From contig CAVRAO010000008.1 in the NCBI GenBank assembly GCA_963719035.1, forward strand, positions 32,001 to 96,000: a DNA stretch of 64,000 nucleotides, in the 5' to 3' direction. The notes beneath the pieces were generated by a model. The model did no database searches. It was not told the DNA's origin and saw only the letters and a program-made list of their open reading frames with translations. Numbering within the stretch: the first letter of the stretch is position 1; every line of letters starts with the position of its first letter. The position numbers and the translations under genes are program-made. The DNA comes from Methanobacteriota archaeon. GTDB taxonomy: Archaea; Halobacteriota; Bog-38; Methanoflorentales; Methanoflorentaceae. Below, in pieces: positions 29,496 to 40,030 of the stretch.

Positions 29496-30317
29496 ATGGT
29501 GAAATTAGGAATCGCAAAAATAGGTAACATCGTAAGCGGTTTGATGACTGATTTGCTGCTCGACGAGCGCGCAGACCGTGATGATTTTGAAGCGGTGACC
29601 GTTACGAGCGGCACGAAGATGAAAGAAGAAGATGCAGCAAAGGTTGTCGAAGCACTGCTGAAATTTGAACCGGATTTGTGCGTCGTTGTGTCTCCTAACG
29701 CAGCGCAGCCAGGCCCAACAAAAGCTCGAACTTTGTTAAAGGATGCGGGCAAGAAGGTCGTTGTCATTACTGACTCACCAAAGCTGAAGGACAAGCTTGA
29801 GGAGGAAGGGGGATTCGGGTACATCCTCATAAACGCGGATGCGATGATCGGCGCAAGAAGAGAGTGGTTGGATCCTATAGAGATGGCCATTTACAACGCA
29901 GATTTAATGAAGGTCCTTGCGGCAACTGGCACCTTTAGAGTGCTCCACACAGCGCTTGACACTTGTCTCACAGCTATTAAAGAGGGCAAAGAATGCGAGC
30001 TACCTAAGATTGTGATGACTGCAGAAAAGGCGACTATCAATGAATTCAGTAACCCCTACGCACGGGCAAAGGCGATCGCCGCGTACGAGATGGCAGCAAA
30101 AGTCGCCGACGTCAACGTTAAAGCCTGCTTCATGACAAAAGAGTGGGAGAAGTACGTACCCCTGACAGCAGCGTCTCACGATATGATGCGCACGGCGGCC
30201 AAACTCGTAGATGAAGCGCGTGAAATGGAAAAGGCTGATGACACGGTGAAGAGGGCGCCTCACTCGAGAGACGGAGCCATACTTAGTAAGACTAAGCTGA
30301 TATCGAAACCAGAGTAA
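29496..30317 (+). CDS. mtd: F420-dependent methylene-H4MPT dehydrogenase
   Basis: KIGNI, LLDERADR, SPNAAQPGP, DAMIGARREWLDPIEMA, FSNPYARAKA. Confidence 0.97.
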   Translation: MVKLGIAKIGNIVSGLMTDLLLDERADRDDFEAVTVTSGTKMKEEDAAKVVEALLKFEPDLCVVVSPNAAQPGPTKARTLLKDAGKKVVVITDSPKLKDKLEEEGGFGYILINADAMIGARREWLDPIEMAIYNADLMKVLAATGTFRVLHTALDTCLTAIKEGKECELPKIVMTAEKATINEFSNPYARAKAIAAYEMAAKVADVNVKACFMTKEWEKYVPLTAASHDMMRTAAKLVDEAREMEKADDTVKRAPHSRDGAILSKTKLISKPE

Positions 30318-30334
30318 TAGTCCAATCTATTACC

Positions 30335-30360
30335 CTTTTTTCCTTTTTTTCCTTTTTTTA
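30335..30360 (+). terminator. Oligo-T terminator after mtd
   Basis: Three consecutive T6-7 tracts about 20 nt after the stop. Confidence 0.6.
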
Positions 30361-30433
30361 AACAATGCGGGATAGCAATCGCTAACGTCTTCAGTCAACT
30401 CGCCCGTAAAAAATGTGCGTCTGAAAAAAAGAG

Positions 30434-31255
30434 CTAATCGAGGATGAATGGACTGACGTAAAGGCCATCGGTCCGTATGAGGCGCTTTATAGAATCCGCT
30501 TTAAACGGAATTTTCCATACTTTTTCCGAGTTATCCCATTGAGCTCCTGGAATTTGTTTTAAATTGGCCTCTATCTCATGGGTATCCCCTAATACCTTGA
30601 TCCATTTCTTATTGCGTGTTCCTACTGCCCACGTGTTGTGAGAAGAAGTGTTTAAACACTGCACAGTAGGATGGAGCACGACGCCACTGTCCTTCAGGCT
30701 TTCAATCGATTCTCGGTTGATCGGAAATCGCCACACCCGCGTCTCCTTATCCCAGTGTCCGCCCTTAATTGCACTCAGCCTATGACGCCGGCTAAGGGAA
30801 CTTCCGCGGACTATCAAAGTCGTAGAATCGTCGTCAAGTTCGCAAAGAAGCCTGTTCTCATCGTGGTGGTATTCGCGTTGTTGCTTCTTTGTCGCGTTTC
30901 TCTTGGATTCAAGATGATTGGGACCATTTTCTTGGTCATCGTTAGCCTTCTGAGTCTGACTTTCTTGCGAGGTGTTGAGCGTTTTTAGAGCGATCTTTGC
31001 ATGCAATTTCACGTCGTCGTACGCGTTCTGTGTCGCAGCTAGAACCAAAACATCGCGAGCTGATGAGTCCGCATCGCCTGAAGCAAGAGCAACCGCTTCC
31101 AGCGCATCAACTGCCTTGAATCGCTGGTGCTCGTTTTCGTCATTTAATGCCTTTAAAAGTACGTCAACTCTTCTATACCGAGTAAGGCGGTCGAAGTCGT
31201 ATTCACCCATCTTATCACTAGCGATTCTTCTTCTATCTTCGATGTACGGGAGCAA
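30434..31255 (-). CDS. HEAT-like N-terminus plus two G.xWD.x..xW (HARP/DUF5710-like) modules
   Basis: AIKGGHWDKETRVWRFP and QIPGAQWDNSEKVWKIP. Confidence 0.65.
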   Translation of the reverse strand: MLPYIEDRRRIASDKMGEYDFDRLTRYRRVDVLLKALNDENEHQRFKAVDALEAVALASGDADSSARDVLVLAATQNAYDDVKLHAKIALKTLNTSQESQTQKANDDQENGPNHLESKRNATKKQQREYHHDENRLLCELDDDSTTLIVRGSSLSRRHRLSAIKGGHWDKETRVWRFPINRESIESLKDSGVVLHPTVQCLNTSSHNTWAVGTRNKKWIKVLGDTHEIEANLKQIPGAQWDNSEKVWKIPFKADSIKRLIRTDGLYVSPFILD

Positions 31256-31395
31256 AATATAAATATTTACCTAAACAGTGCGCGCAATACGCTCATAAGC
31301 TATCTAAACGGCCTAGAACACGATATTGGATACCCAAGCACTCAACTAAATCTTGACTATTGTAGTTAACTCAAAAAGGCGCACACGTAGAGCTC

Positions 31396-31818
31396 CTAGT
31401 CGCGGCTTGAATTCGTTATATTATCCGCATCGGCGTTCGCTGCCAGGCGTTTATACAACTCTTCGGTTTTGTAATTGGGAAACGCCCATTCATCCTTTTC
31501 GATTGCGCGCATTTGTTCGCACTTTGCTTTGGCAGCCTTCAAAGCGCCGCGCCACGAACCATAATCTTTAATGGCTTTGTTGTAAACCTCAGGATGCTCC
31601 ATTTCAGCGCTGATTGCGGTCATATCGAATCGATTTCGATACAACGCAATAATGTCATCCACGATGTCAAAATTCAGCGCGGCTTCAAGTGCTCTATCGA
31701 GAGTCCCGTAAATTAACTCAGCTACAAGGGTCAGTTTCGGATTGTCATATAATCCGTCCACCCCAAGCTGTCTAATTTTCTCTCTTATAAATTTTTCAAG
31801 CTCCGCGTCAGACATCAA
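31396..31818 (-). CDS. Hypothetical protein with homing-endonuclease-associated-type helical repeats
   Basis: YGTLDRALEAA and YGSWRGALKAA. Confidence 0.55.
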   Translation of the reverse strand: MMSDAELEKFIREKIRQLGVDGLYDNPKLTLVAELIYGTLDRALEAALNFDIVDDIIALYRNRFDMTAISAEMEHPEVYNKAIKDYGSWRGALKAAKAKCEQMRAIEKDEWAFPNYKTEELYKRLAANADADNITNSSRD

Positions 31819-31928
31819 GTCATAATGTAACGTATGAGTATAGAAGCATTACGGTGTTGAAAACGTATTTCTGCCTTGTTTAGCGCTTCAAACTTCACTT
31901 TCCAATTAACTGCTTACAGGGCGATAAT

Positions 31929-32168
31929 TCACTCGCTTTCGCTTGTGTAGTCTCTTGCTGCTTCTAATGCTTTAATGAGCTCATCAAGGGTCGCCCGCGT
32001 CAATTGTATTGCGAAGCCGTCCTTAGTTGGATACCTCTCGGAGCCTCGCTGCACCCACTTCCGTATTCCCAGTACCTTAACAGCATCTTCTCCCTCGGAG
32101 ACACTAATCTTCAACGATACACTTTTTGAACTCTCTACCTCGACGCCCCACAATTCTTTCCACTCCAT
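31929..32168 (-). CDS. PC4-like ssDNA-binding protein
   Basis: LGIRKW...YPTKDGFAI..LDELIKAL; SD GAGGAGG. Confidence 0.7.
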   Translation of the reverse strand: MEWKELWGVEVESSKSVSLKISVSEGEDAVKVLGIRKWVQRGSERYPTKDGFAIQLTRATLDELIKALEAARDYTSESE

Positions 32169-32192
32169 GAAATCCTCCTCGCTTGCTGCGAT

Positions 32193-33086
32193 TTATAATG
32201 CCTCACGGTTTGGCTTTCCGAGAACGCTCTCAAGTATCTTCACTAGATCGTGCTCTTTGACTGGTTTTAAGTCAGATGCTGAACCGGCTTGGCATAAGCG
32301 TTCATATATCCTTACAGCTGTGGGCTGATTCAAATTAGCCCTAGCTAAAACAGACTTGTTATAAAATATATCGCGCGGCGTTCCAGTCGCGATAACTTGG
32401 CCTTCGGCGATAACATAAATTCGATCTGCTATCCTCGCTGCGAGATCCATGTCGTGAGTCGCAATCACAATACTAATCCCGGAGTGAGTTTTCAGTTCAC
32501 TCAACACTGATTCGATCTGGCGAGAGTGGAGCGGATCCAAGTCGCTCGTAGGCTCATCTGCAACGATTACTTCAGGATTCATGGCGAGAACCCCCGCAAT
32601 CGCAACAAGTCTCTTTTCACCTTTACTCAAGTAGTACGGTATCCTATTAATTAGATGCTCAGCGCCGATGCGCTCCAAGGCGCTTATTGCAGCTTGTCGC
32701 GCCGCTTCATTTGTCAGCCCCTTGTTGAGTGGCCCAAACATCACATCATCTAAAACAGTCGGGGCAAAAACTTGGCTGTCTGAATCTTGAAACACTAAAC
32801 CCACCTCAGTAATGACGCTTGTCTTCTGAGTGACCTCCTGACTCAAGACGATTAAACGTCCTACTCGAGGCTTTATAAGTCCGTTCAGATGTTCAACTAG
32901 AGTGCTTTTTCCCGCGCCGTTTGCTCCACATATGACTACTATTTCACCTTTGAATAGTGAAAAACAAACGTTATGCAGAGAACTCGTTCCATCAGGGTAA
33001 ACATGCTCAAGACAGTCGACGTGGATCAGTTCATCTTCTTCGAGTTCTCGAAATTCGCAGGCGCTTAGCTGCTTATCATTGGACAT
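32193..33086 (-). CDS. cbiO: ECF (Co/Ni) transporter ATPase
   Basis: GANGAGKST, VGLVFQD, LSKGEKR, DEPT. Confidence 0.9.
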   Translation of the reverse strand: MSNDKQLSACEFRELEEDELIHVDCLEHVYPDGTSSLHNVCFSLFKGEIVVICGANGAGKSTLVEHLNGLIKPRVGRLIVLSQEVTQKTSVITEVGLVFQDSDSQVFAPTVLDDVMFGPLNKGLTNEAARQAAISALERIGAEHLINRIPYYLSKGEKRLVAIAGVLAMNPEVIVADEPTSDLDPLHSRQIESVLSELKTHSGISIVIATHDMDLAARIADRIYVIAEGQVIATGTPRDIFYNKSVLARANLNQPTAVRIYERLCQAGSASDLKPVKEHDLVKILESVLGKPNREAL

Positions 33087-33089
33087 CTC

Positions 33090-33890
33090 CTAGAAATACC
33101 TCCCAAAAGAATAAAATGATATAGAGAGCAACACGGCAACAAAAATAAACGCGTAACCTCCTGCAGATGGCCTTGGCACGTGGTATGAGGAAATAAGTTT
33201 TCCCTGATATCCTCTCGATTGCATCGCTTTTGAAACTTGGTCAGCTTTGTCGAATGACCTAATGAACGCGAGGGCAAAAACTGATCCATAGAACTTACCA
33301 TGCTTTCTAATTCCCGATAGCTTAAGGCCCCCACGGCATTTCATCGCAATCACCATTGACTCCAGTCCCTCCAACATCAAGAACAGGAACCTGTACGTAA
33401 GTAAGGCTATTTGGCTCAAAGGGTGAGGTAAGACTTTCGATATTATATGTGTCAAATAGTTGTATTTAGTTGTCATCAACAAAACTAAGCTATAGGAGAC
33501 CCCGGTAAGCGTTTTAACTATCAAGGTCACGAACAGTGCCACACCCTCAAAAGTGAGGTGTATTGGACCATAGCTTATCAGAGTTGATCCCGGAACGGTC
33601 CAAATAAGCAGGAACACAATGCTTGTGACGAAAAAAACCGGCAAAGTCCACCAATAGAGGAGGAGTACTATCGGCAGCTCTGACGCCCAATAGAGACAAA
33701 CGACAGCAAATAGCATCATCAGCAAGAGGCGAAGGTCTGTTATTACCGTTATGTCAAAAACCACGACTGGAAGTAGGATGATCTTCGTCCAAGGACTAAA
33801 TTTGTGGACGGGACTACTCCCAAACTCAGAGTAATGTGTTATCAAACCAAGATCTGGCAGATGCTTTTCAAACCCAAAGTCAGTCATCAT
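33090..33890 (-). CDS. cbiQ: ECF transporter T component
   Basis: SPVH..SPWTK, YRFLF, AMKCRG, AMQSRGY. Confidence 0.9.
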   Translation of the reverse strand: MMTDFGFEKHLPDLGLITHYSEFGSSPVHKFSPWTKIILLPVVVFDITVITDLRLLLMMLFAVVCLYWASELPIVLLLYWWTLPVFFVTSIVFLLIWTVPGSTLISYGPIHLTFEGVALFVTLIVKTLTGVSYSLVLLMTTKYNYLTHIISKVLPHPLSQIALLTYRFLFLMLEGLESMVIAMKCRGGLKLSGIRKHGKFYGSVFALAFIRSFDKADQVSKAMQSRGYQGKLISSYHVPRPSAGGYAFIFVAVLLSISFYSFGRYF

Positions 33891-34065
33891 TGCCCCTTAA
33901 GCGTGACGATAAGCGTTGACACACACAACTATTATTAGCGCGACGCGCATAAAGGCTTCTAAAGATTAAATATCGGAGCTAACTCACGCTTGAACTTCGT
34001 GCGACCTTTGAGAAGCAGAAAAAAGCGTTGTTAAGCTCGGCAAGACTTCGAAAAAATCACGATTT

Positions 34066-34605
34066 ATGCGCGCGTTTTACATCGGCCGTTTTCAGCCATA
34101 TCATCTAGGACATCAGGAGGTCTTGGAAAAAATAGCTCGGGAATGCGAGGAGATCATTGTTGGCGTCGGTAGTGCGCAGCTCAGTCACACGTTTTCAGAT
34201 CCGTTTACGGCAGGCGAACGAATTTTAATGATTATGCGCTCGCTAGCGGATATCAATGTCTTGTTTTACGTCATACCAATTGAAGACATCCGCAGAAACG
34301 CGATATGGGTTTCTCACGTAATGACGATGGCCCCTCCCTTCGACGTCGTCTACACGAACAATCCTTACGTCGTGCGACTGTTCAATGAAGCAGGGTTCGA
34401 CGTCAAGTCTTCTCCGCTCTATCAAAGAGACAAATATTCAGGATCAGAGATTCGAAGAAGAATGCTCAATGACGAACCGTGGGAGCAACGTGTACCGCAA
34501 GTGGTAGCGGAGATTATCAGCCAAATCGACGGTGTCAACAGGCTGAAGGAAGTGTCTAGACAGGATAGCCAAGACAATTTACGTTTTGCCAACAAGCATC
34601 GATAG
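34066..34605 (+). CDS. nadM: Nicotinamide-nucleotide adenylyltransferase
   Basis: [30 protein letters not shown]. Confidence 0.96.
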   Translation: MRAFYIGRFQPYHLGHQEVLEKIARECEEIIVGVGSAQLSHTFSDPFTAGERILMIMRSLADINVLFYVIPIEDIRRNAIWVSHVMTMAPPFDVVYTNNPYVVRLFNEAGFDVKSSPLYQRDKYSGSEIRRRMLNDEPWEQRVPQVVAEIISQIDGVNRLKEVSRQDSQDNLRFANKHR

Positions 34606-34633
34606 GGCTGAAGCAGCGTAGAACTAAGTGGTC

Positions 34634-34783
34634 TTAGAGATAACCTAACGTATGAGCTAGTGCTGCAGTGATCAACAACAAGCCTGCACAGATGAAGACT
34701 GCGGACACCCTTGAGCTACGATATCTTCCACGCGCGCTGGATGCGGACCGACTCTTATCTTTAGATCGTTTAGACGAAGACAT
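34634..34783 (-). CDS. 49-aa candidate membrane microprotein (not in ORF track)
   Basis: Basic Ser/Arg N-terminus then AVFICAGLLLITAALAHTLGYL. Confidence 0.35.
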   Translation of the reverse strand: MSSSKRSKDKSRSASSARGRYRSSRVSAVFICAGLLLITAALAHTLGYL

Positions 34784-34978
34784 GTGTTTTTCTAACGAGA
34801 GAAGTTTTTCGCATAATGTTGCATGCTACATCAGTAACCGCAACTTCTTTTCGTAGTGAACTCAAACTTTGATTATTAAGTAATCGCTAAACAATGCGAG
34901 GCAGTTTACGGTATCAAACAGTGCATCCTTAACCTGCGTGTGCCAGTTCTCCACCTCGCAGCTCTACTTTATATGGAT

Positions 34979-35179
34979 TCATCTCAGAGTCACATTTATC
35001 AAGCGAACCACGTAGTTTTTGCCAATGTGCTCCCATCTGAAGTTGTATTTGTATTGTGGAAATTTGTTTTCTAGTTCTTTCAGCTCGTTAAGGCGTTCAT
35101 CCAAACAGCGCTCTGATTTGCAAACGAATACAAACCGCCACTTCGGAAGCGCTTTCGGATCGTCAACAAATTTCACCAT
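34979..35179 (-). CDS. Small hypothetical protein
   Basis: 66-aa ATG ORF with protein-like composition. Confidence 0.5.
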   Translation of the reverse strand: MVKFVDDPKALPKWRFVFVCKSERCLDERLNELKELENKFPQYKYNFRWEHIGKNYVVRLINVTLR

Positions 35180-35528
35180 GTCAGAGCCATCGCATATGAT
35201 TAAGCACCGCGAGGCAATTGCTTAGGAGTTTTTCATGCTAGGCCTGTTGGCATATAATTTTCGTCGATTAACAAATTTGAGATTTATAAAAAAAAATTGG
35301 TACAGGCAATAGGACCTGTCTTTGTCTTCAGGTTCGAGTAGCTCTTTTTATCTTTCCTCGATCGCAAGCTCAATCATATAGTCCTTACAGCGGAATTTCG
35401 AGACCAAATGTACGCTTAGTCTCATTGATTTCTAGACACGCAGCTAGTCGCATTTGTTGCTTTTACGTCATATTCAGTTCCGTCATCTGCCGCGAGTTTT
35501 TATAGTAAAGTAACTATATTTACATATA

Positions 35529-36653
35529 ATGCACCTGAATCGAAACGACGAAGACATCCTTGCTGGCGAATTGGGGGCTGTTAAACAAAAAGCAATGGAG
35601 ATCTTGGTCGCTCTTGGCGATATATATGAGGCGGAACGACTTGTCCCAATAGAGAGCGCTCAGATCGCCGGTGTTTCATATAAAACCATCGGCGACGCTG
35701 GACTTGAATACTTGACAGATCTAGCTGGAAGCGTAACCGTTCCAACAATGCTCAACCCAATGGGAATGGACCGATATAAATGGCGGCAAATGGGAATCGA
35801 TGAGTCGTTCGTTGAAAAACAGCTGGCCATTATAAGACGATATGAACTGCTCGGAATCGATGCCCAATGCACCTGCACGCCTTATTATGTGAATTCTCCA
35901 CGTAGAGATTCCCATTTGAGCTGGTCCGAGTCATCCGCCGTTTCTTATGCAAACTCAGTTCTCTGTGCTCGCACTAATCGAGAGGGGGGACCAAGTGCAC
36001 TTGCTGCTGCACTGGTGGGAAAAACACCACTCTACGGCTATCACCTCGATGAGAACCGAGTCCCGGATATATCTATAAAAACAGATTTTCCTCTAGCGGG
36101 AGCCGATTTTGGCGCACTCGGGTATGTCGTTGGGAAGATCGTTCACTCACGGGTGCCACAGTTTTCCTTTGTTACCCCCCCGAGCGATGATGAGCTTAAA
36201 GCTCTCGGTGCCGGTATGGCCGCCACAGGGGCTGTAGCCCTCTTTTACGCGGATAAAAGAGCAACACCAAGCGAAATGCTCAAACTAGAGCGTTCAGACC
36301 TTGACATTTATTCGTCAGGCGAACCTGACGTCGTCGTATTAGGGTGTCCGCACTGTTCACGTTCAGAACTTACGGAGATTGCGCAGCTTCTAGAGGGACA
36401 CACCGTCGAACGACCTCTCTGGATATGCACTTCACGGTTCGTGGCGGATCGGTGTAAGCCATTAGTCTCTCGCATTGAAGCGACTGGCGCCCACGTAATC
36501 TGCGACACCTGCATGATCGTGTCGCCAGCTTTTGAAAAACGAAGCATGATGGTTAATTCCGGAAAAGCACTTGAATATGGACCAAGCTTGTGTAATTCGC
36601 ACACTGTGATCGGAACAACTGCGGGCTGTATCAATATCGCGTGTAACGCGTGA
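35529..36653 (+). CDS. Aconitase X large subunit (phosphomevalonate dehydratase)
   Basis: GVSYKTIGDAG, CTCTPY, WSESSAVSYANSV, LGCPHCS, DTCMIVSP. Confidence 0.92.
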   Translation: MHLNRNDEDILAGELGAVKQKAMEILVALGDIYEAERLVPIESAQIAGVSYKTIGDAGLEYLTDLAGSVTVPTMLNPMGMDRYKWRQMGIDESFVEKQLAIIRRYELLGIDAQCTCTPYYVNSPRRDSHLSWSESSAVSYANSVLCARTNREGGPSALAAALVGKTPLYGYHLDENRVPDISIKTDFPLAGADFGALGYVVGKIVHSRVPQFSFVTPPSDDELKALGAGMAATGAVALFYADKRATPSEMLKLERSDLDIYSSGEPDVVVLGCPHCSRSELTEIAQLLEGHTVERPLWICTSRFVADRCKPLVSRIEATGAHVICDTCMIVSPAFEKRSMMVNSGKALEYGPSLCNSHTVIGTTAGCINIACNA

Positions 36654-36681
36654 TGATATCAAAAAGATAGCAGCGTTTTCT

Positions 36682-37089
36682 ATGTTTAAACGAATCAACG
36701 GCCGGATAATATCAAAAGGAATTGGCGAAGGGCAGGCCGTGGTGACGAATCAACCACTCTCATTCTTGGGGGGTGTGGATCCCAAACGAGGAGTCATAAT
36801 GGATTTAAAGCACGAGTTGTACGGTATTTCAATCGTGGGCTCTGTTCTTGTTTTTCCACAAGGCAAGGGATCAACAGTGGGATCGTATGTGATGTATCAG
36901 CTCAAAAGAAACGGCAAAGCCCCGGCCGCGATTATTAACGCTTCAAGCGAAACGATTGTTGCCGTTGGAGCGATTATCTCGAACATCCCGCTCATCGATA
37001 GACTTGATGTCGACCCGATTGCTGCCATCAAACCCGGATCACACGTCCTCGTAAATTGCGTTGACGGCTTCATAGAGGTAGAATCTTGA
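36682..37089 (+). CDS. Aconitase X small (swivel, DUF126) subunit
   Basis: LSFLGGVDP, FPQGKGSTVGSY. Confidence 0.92.
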   Translation: MFKRINGRIISKGIGEGQAVVTNQPLSFLGGVDPKRGVIMDLKHELYGISIVGSVLVFPQGKGSTVGSYVMYQLKRNGKAPAAIINASSETIVAVGAIISNIPLIDRLDVDPIAAIKPGSHVLVNCVDGFIEVES

Positions 37090-38147
37090 ACGACCTCGTC
37101 AGCTTGGACCGAATTAATGCTGTGTTTCACGTTTACGAGATTCAAGCGAGTGGGCCAGTTGTCAGATATTACGGTGAACCGCTAGTTAACAGCAAGACGC
37201 TTTTAGCGACCCTCTGGAATGACTTCGCTGGGAAGGGTTACGAGCTGGAACTAAAGCGCGAACACGGCGAGTTTATTCTATTAGCGATGCCTGTTAGCGA
37301 TGCCGACGATAACAAGCATGTCAACGTTATTCTGGCAATCGCTACCACTTTAGCCATAACTCTCACCGGCGCAGTTCTTTTTTACGGCGTCAACCCCATC
37401 ACAGACCCTTTACTTATCTATAAGGGCTTGCCCTTTGCAGCAGCTGTCATGTTCGTTCTTGGCTCTCACGAGTTGGCTCACTATTATGTCGCGAAGCGCC
37501 GCGGAATGAAGGCTAGCTTACCGTTCTTCATACCACTGCCACTTATATCACCTGTCGGTACTTTGGGCGCACTCATCAAGCTTAAGGGAGCTATTCCAGA
37601 TCGAAAGTCTCTTTTTGACGTAGGAATCGCCGGGCCACTTGTAGGCCTCGCAGCAGCTGTTGTCGTTACAATAGTTGGATTTCTGCTCCCACCCGTCACC
37701 ACCAGCGCCTCGCAAGCGCAGACTTTCGCGTTAGGAACCCCCCTTCTCTTTGCGTTGATAGAAAAAGTTATTCCGTTGACGTCGACCGGTACGCATCCAG
37801 TGGCGTTCGCAGGCTGGGTAGGCATGCTCATAACCAGTCTAAACCTTCTGCCAGTAGGACAACTAGACGGAGGACATATTGCCCGAGCTATGTCTGGCGA
37901 AAAAACGACGTACATATCAGCAGCAGTTCCGCTCGTCCTTATGGCTACGGGAGTCTACTACTCGCTCAATGGTTTGAACGGAGAGATGCTCCTGTTTTGG
38001 GGATTCTTCACCTTACTGTTCGCGACCGGAGGACATCCGCGGCCGATCGACGATACGAAAAAGCTCGATAGTAAGCGTGTAGTCTTAGGAATTATTGCTT
38101 TTGGCCTATGCGTAGCTTGTTTCACCCCAATCCCGATTCAAGCGTAA
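37086..38147 (+). CDS. Site-2 protease (M50)
   Basis: HELAH, AGP, NLLPVGQLDGGH. Confidence 0.93.
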   Translation: MNDLVSLDRINAVFHVYEIQASGPVVRYYGEPLVNSKTLLATLWNDFAGKGYELELKREHGEFILLAMPVSDADDNKHVNVILAIATTLAITLTGAVLFYGVNPITDPLLIYKGLPFAAAVMFVLGSHELAHYYVAKRRGMKASLPFFIPLPLISPVGTLGALIKLKGAIPDRKSLFDVGIAGPLVGLAAAVVVTIVGFLLPPVTTSASQAQTFALGTPLLFALIEKVIPLTSTGTHPVAFAGWVGMLITSLNLLPVGQLDGGHIARAMSGEKTTYISAAVPLVLMATGVYYSLNGLNGEMLLFWGFFTLLFATGGHPRPIDDTKKLDSKRVVLGIIAFGLCVACFTPIPIQA

Positions 38148-39244
38148 CAATACGCTTTGATAAGCGGAACACATTCAGCTTGGCAGCCATCCAAGCGATA
38201 CTCACCTTACGAGGTATCGAAGCAAGTTTTTCATCGAGTCCGCGCGATGGTGTCATGATCTATAGTGTGGCGACGCCGCAAGCGCGTGAAGTATATCACG
38301 AGGTGGAAAACGCGCGAACGCAATCTATATTCATAGCGGGCGGACCTCATCCGTCAGCCAAAGCACGCGAGGCACTAGAACAATTCGACTTCGTCGTCCT
38401 CGGAGAGGGTGAAGAGACGCTTCCTGAGCTAATCTTCACGCTCAAGGACGATAGCGACCTTGAGAAGGTGCGAGGCATCGCATATAAAAGGTCAGGTATG
38501 ATTTACAAAACCCGTCCAAGAACTCACGTACTGCTCGACGATTATCCGCCCTTCAACCAGAACCTACGGGCCCCAGTCGAGATCAGCCGCGGTTGCCCAC
38601 ATAACTGCAAGTACTGTCAAACACCGCGCCTCTTCGGCACAAAAATGCGCCATCGGAGCGTGGAATCGATCGCTTTCTACAGCAATTACCTGTCAGACGT
38701 TAGATTCATCTCACCTAACGCGTTCGCTTACGGATCCGACGGCCGCCACACAGCGCTCACAAGAGTATCTGAGCTCCTTGCTTCGCTTAGCGGTCAAGTT
38801 TATTTCGGAACCTTTCCGTCCGAGGTACGGCCTGAGTTTATTACAGACGAAATGCTTGATATCGTCAAGGAATACTGCTCAAATACGTCAATTCACATCG
38901 GGGCACAGTCGGGAAGCGATGCTGTGCTGGAGGAGACAAATCGAGGACATTCACGTTGCGACGTCGAAGGAGCAGTCGATATATGCCGCAGCCACGGTTT
39001 CTGTCCAGTAGTGGACTTCATCTTTGGGCTTCCGACCGAAGTTGCAGCAGATCAGGCGGAAAGCCTCGATCTTATTGACTCCATCGTCTCTGCTGGCGGA
39101 AAAGTGCGTGCCCACTACTTCATTCCACTACCTGGAACCCCCTACGAAAACGAGACGCCAGCACCCGTACGTAAAGAGGTACAGAAAAGACTTGGCAGAC
39201 TCGCGCGCGACGGTAAACTTACCGGTCGGTGGGAACCACATTAA
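38108..39244 (+). CDS. B12-binding / radical SAM protein (archaeal TIGR04013-like)
   Basis: AGGPHPS, GEGE, RGCPHNCKYC, GTFPSEVRPE. Confidence 0.9.
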   Translation: MRSLFHPNPDSSVTIRFDKRNTFSLAAIQAILTLRGIEASFSSSPRDGVMIYSVATPQAREVYHEVENARTQSIFIAGGPHPSAKAREALEQFDFVVLGEGEETLPELIFTLKDDSDLEKVRGIAYKRSGMIYKTRPRTHVLLDDYPPFNQNLRAPVEISRGCPHNCKYCQTPRLFGTKMRHRSVESIAFYSNYLSDVRFISPNAFAYGSDGRHTALTRVSELLASLSGQVYFGTFPSEVRPEFITDEMLDIVKEYCSNTSIHIGAQSGSDAVLEETNRGHSRCDVEGAVDICRSHGFCPVVDFIFGLPTEVAADQAESLDLIDSIVSAGGKVRAHYFIPLPGTPYENETPAPVRKEVQKRLGRLARDGKLTGRWEPH

Positions 39245-39312
39245 AGACCACAAAAAAGGCAAACGATTTAAAACAGAGGGCCGTAAACGTATTCTCGAGT
39301 TGTGAGGTTTTT

Positions 39313-39954
39313 ATGAAGTTTCTAGTCCTTTCGGATGCTCACGGCGTCTATACTCATGTCGCCCAATTGTTATATAAGGCTGGAGACGTCGATGCCGTTT
39401 GCGTAATTGGGGATATTACTGATTTTGGGCCGAATAACCTGGTTCAGGAGCTGCTTTCGCTGCTCGGAGAAGATGTACCAACACTTATGATACCGGGCAA
39501 CTGTGACCTTCCGACCATTGTTGAGACGATAGAAGAGTCTCCTGCAGTCAACTTACATCTCAAGAGTTTTGATTATGATGACATTAAATTCCTCGGAATC
39601 GGTGGGTCAAACCCCACGCCATTTAACACTCCTTTTGAACTTAGTGAGGCAGAAATTCAGAGTTATGTCGATAAGCTCTTGACCGAAGTCGGTGAAACGA
39701 CTATTTTGCTGTCGCACACCCCACCTAAAGGGTTCTTAGACACAGTTGACTCGAGGCACGTCGGCAGTGAGGCTATTCTTCGCGCTGTTAACATTGTCGA
39801 TGTGCTCGCATGTGGGCACATACACGAGCAGCGCGGCACGCTTATTGCCGGCAAAACTACGATTGTGAATCCTGGAATGGCCGCCCGCGGATTTGGTGCA
39901 GTCGTTGAAATCCTCCCTGAAGAGGGCTCAAACGTCTCGCTGATTCAAGGTTGA
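39313..39954 (+). CDS. Calcineurin-like metallophosphoesterase
   Basis: DAHG, GD, PGNCD, SHTPP, GHIHE. Confidence 0.92.
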   Translation: MKFLVLSDAHGVYTHVAQLLYKAGDVDAVCVIGDITDFGPNNLVQELLSLLGEDVPTLMIPGNCDLPTIVETIEESPAVNLHLKSFDYDDIKFLGIGGSNPTPFNTPFELSEAEIQSYVDKLLTEVGETTILLSHTPPKGFLDTVDSRHVGSEAILRAVNIVDVLACGHIHEQRGTLIAGKTTIVNPGMAARGFGAVVEILPEEGSNVSLIQG

Positions 39955-40030
39955 GTCGACGCGAATTCTACGTTGGGCGGCCTAATCGTCCAACGATAAG
40001 GGTTTTAAGTATTAACCGTAAGTATCCACT

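Noticed and set aside
32193-33890. cbiQO without cbiM/N
   Set aside because: The substrate component may be encoded elsewhere; cannot be judged from this window
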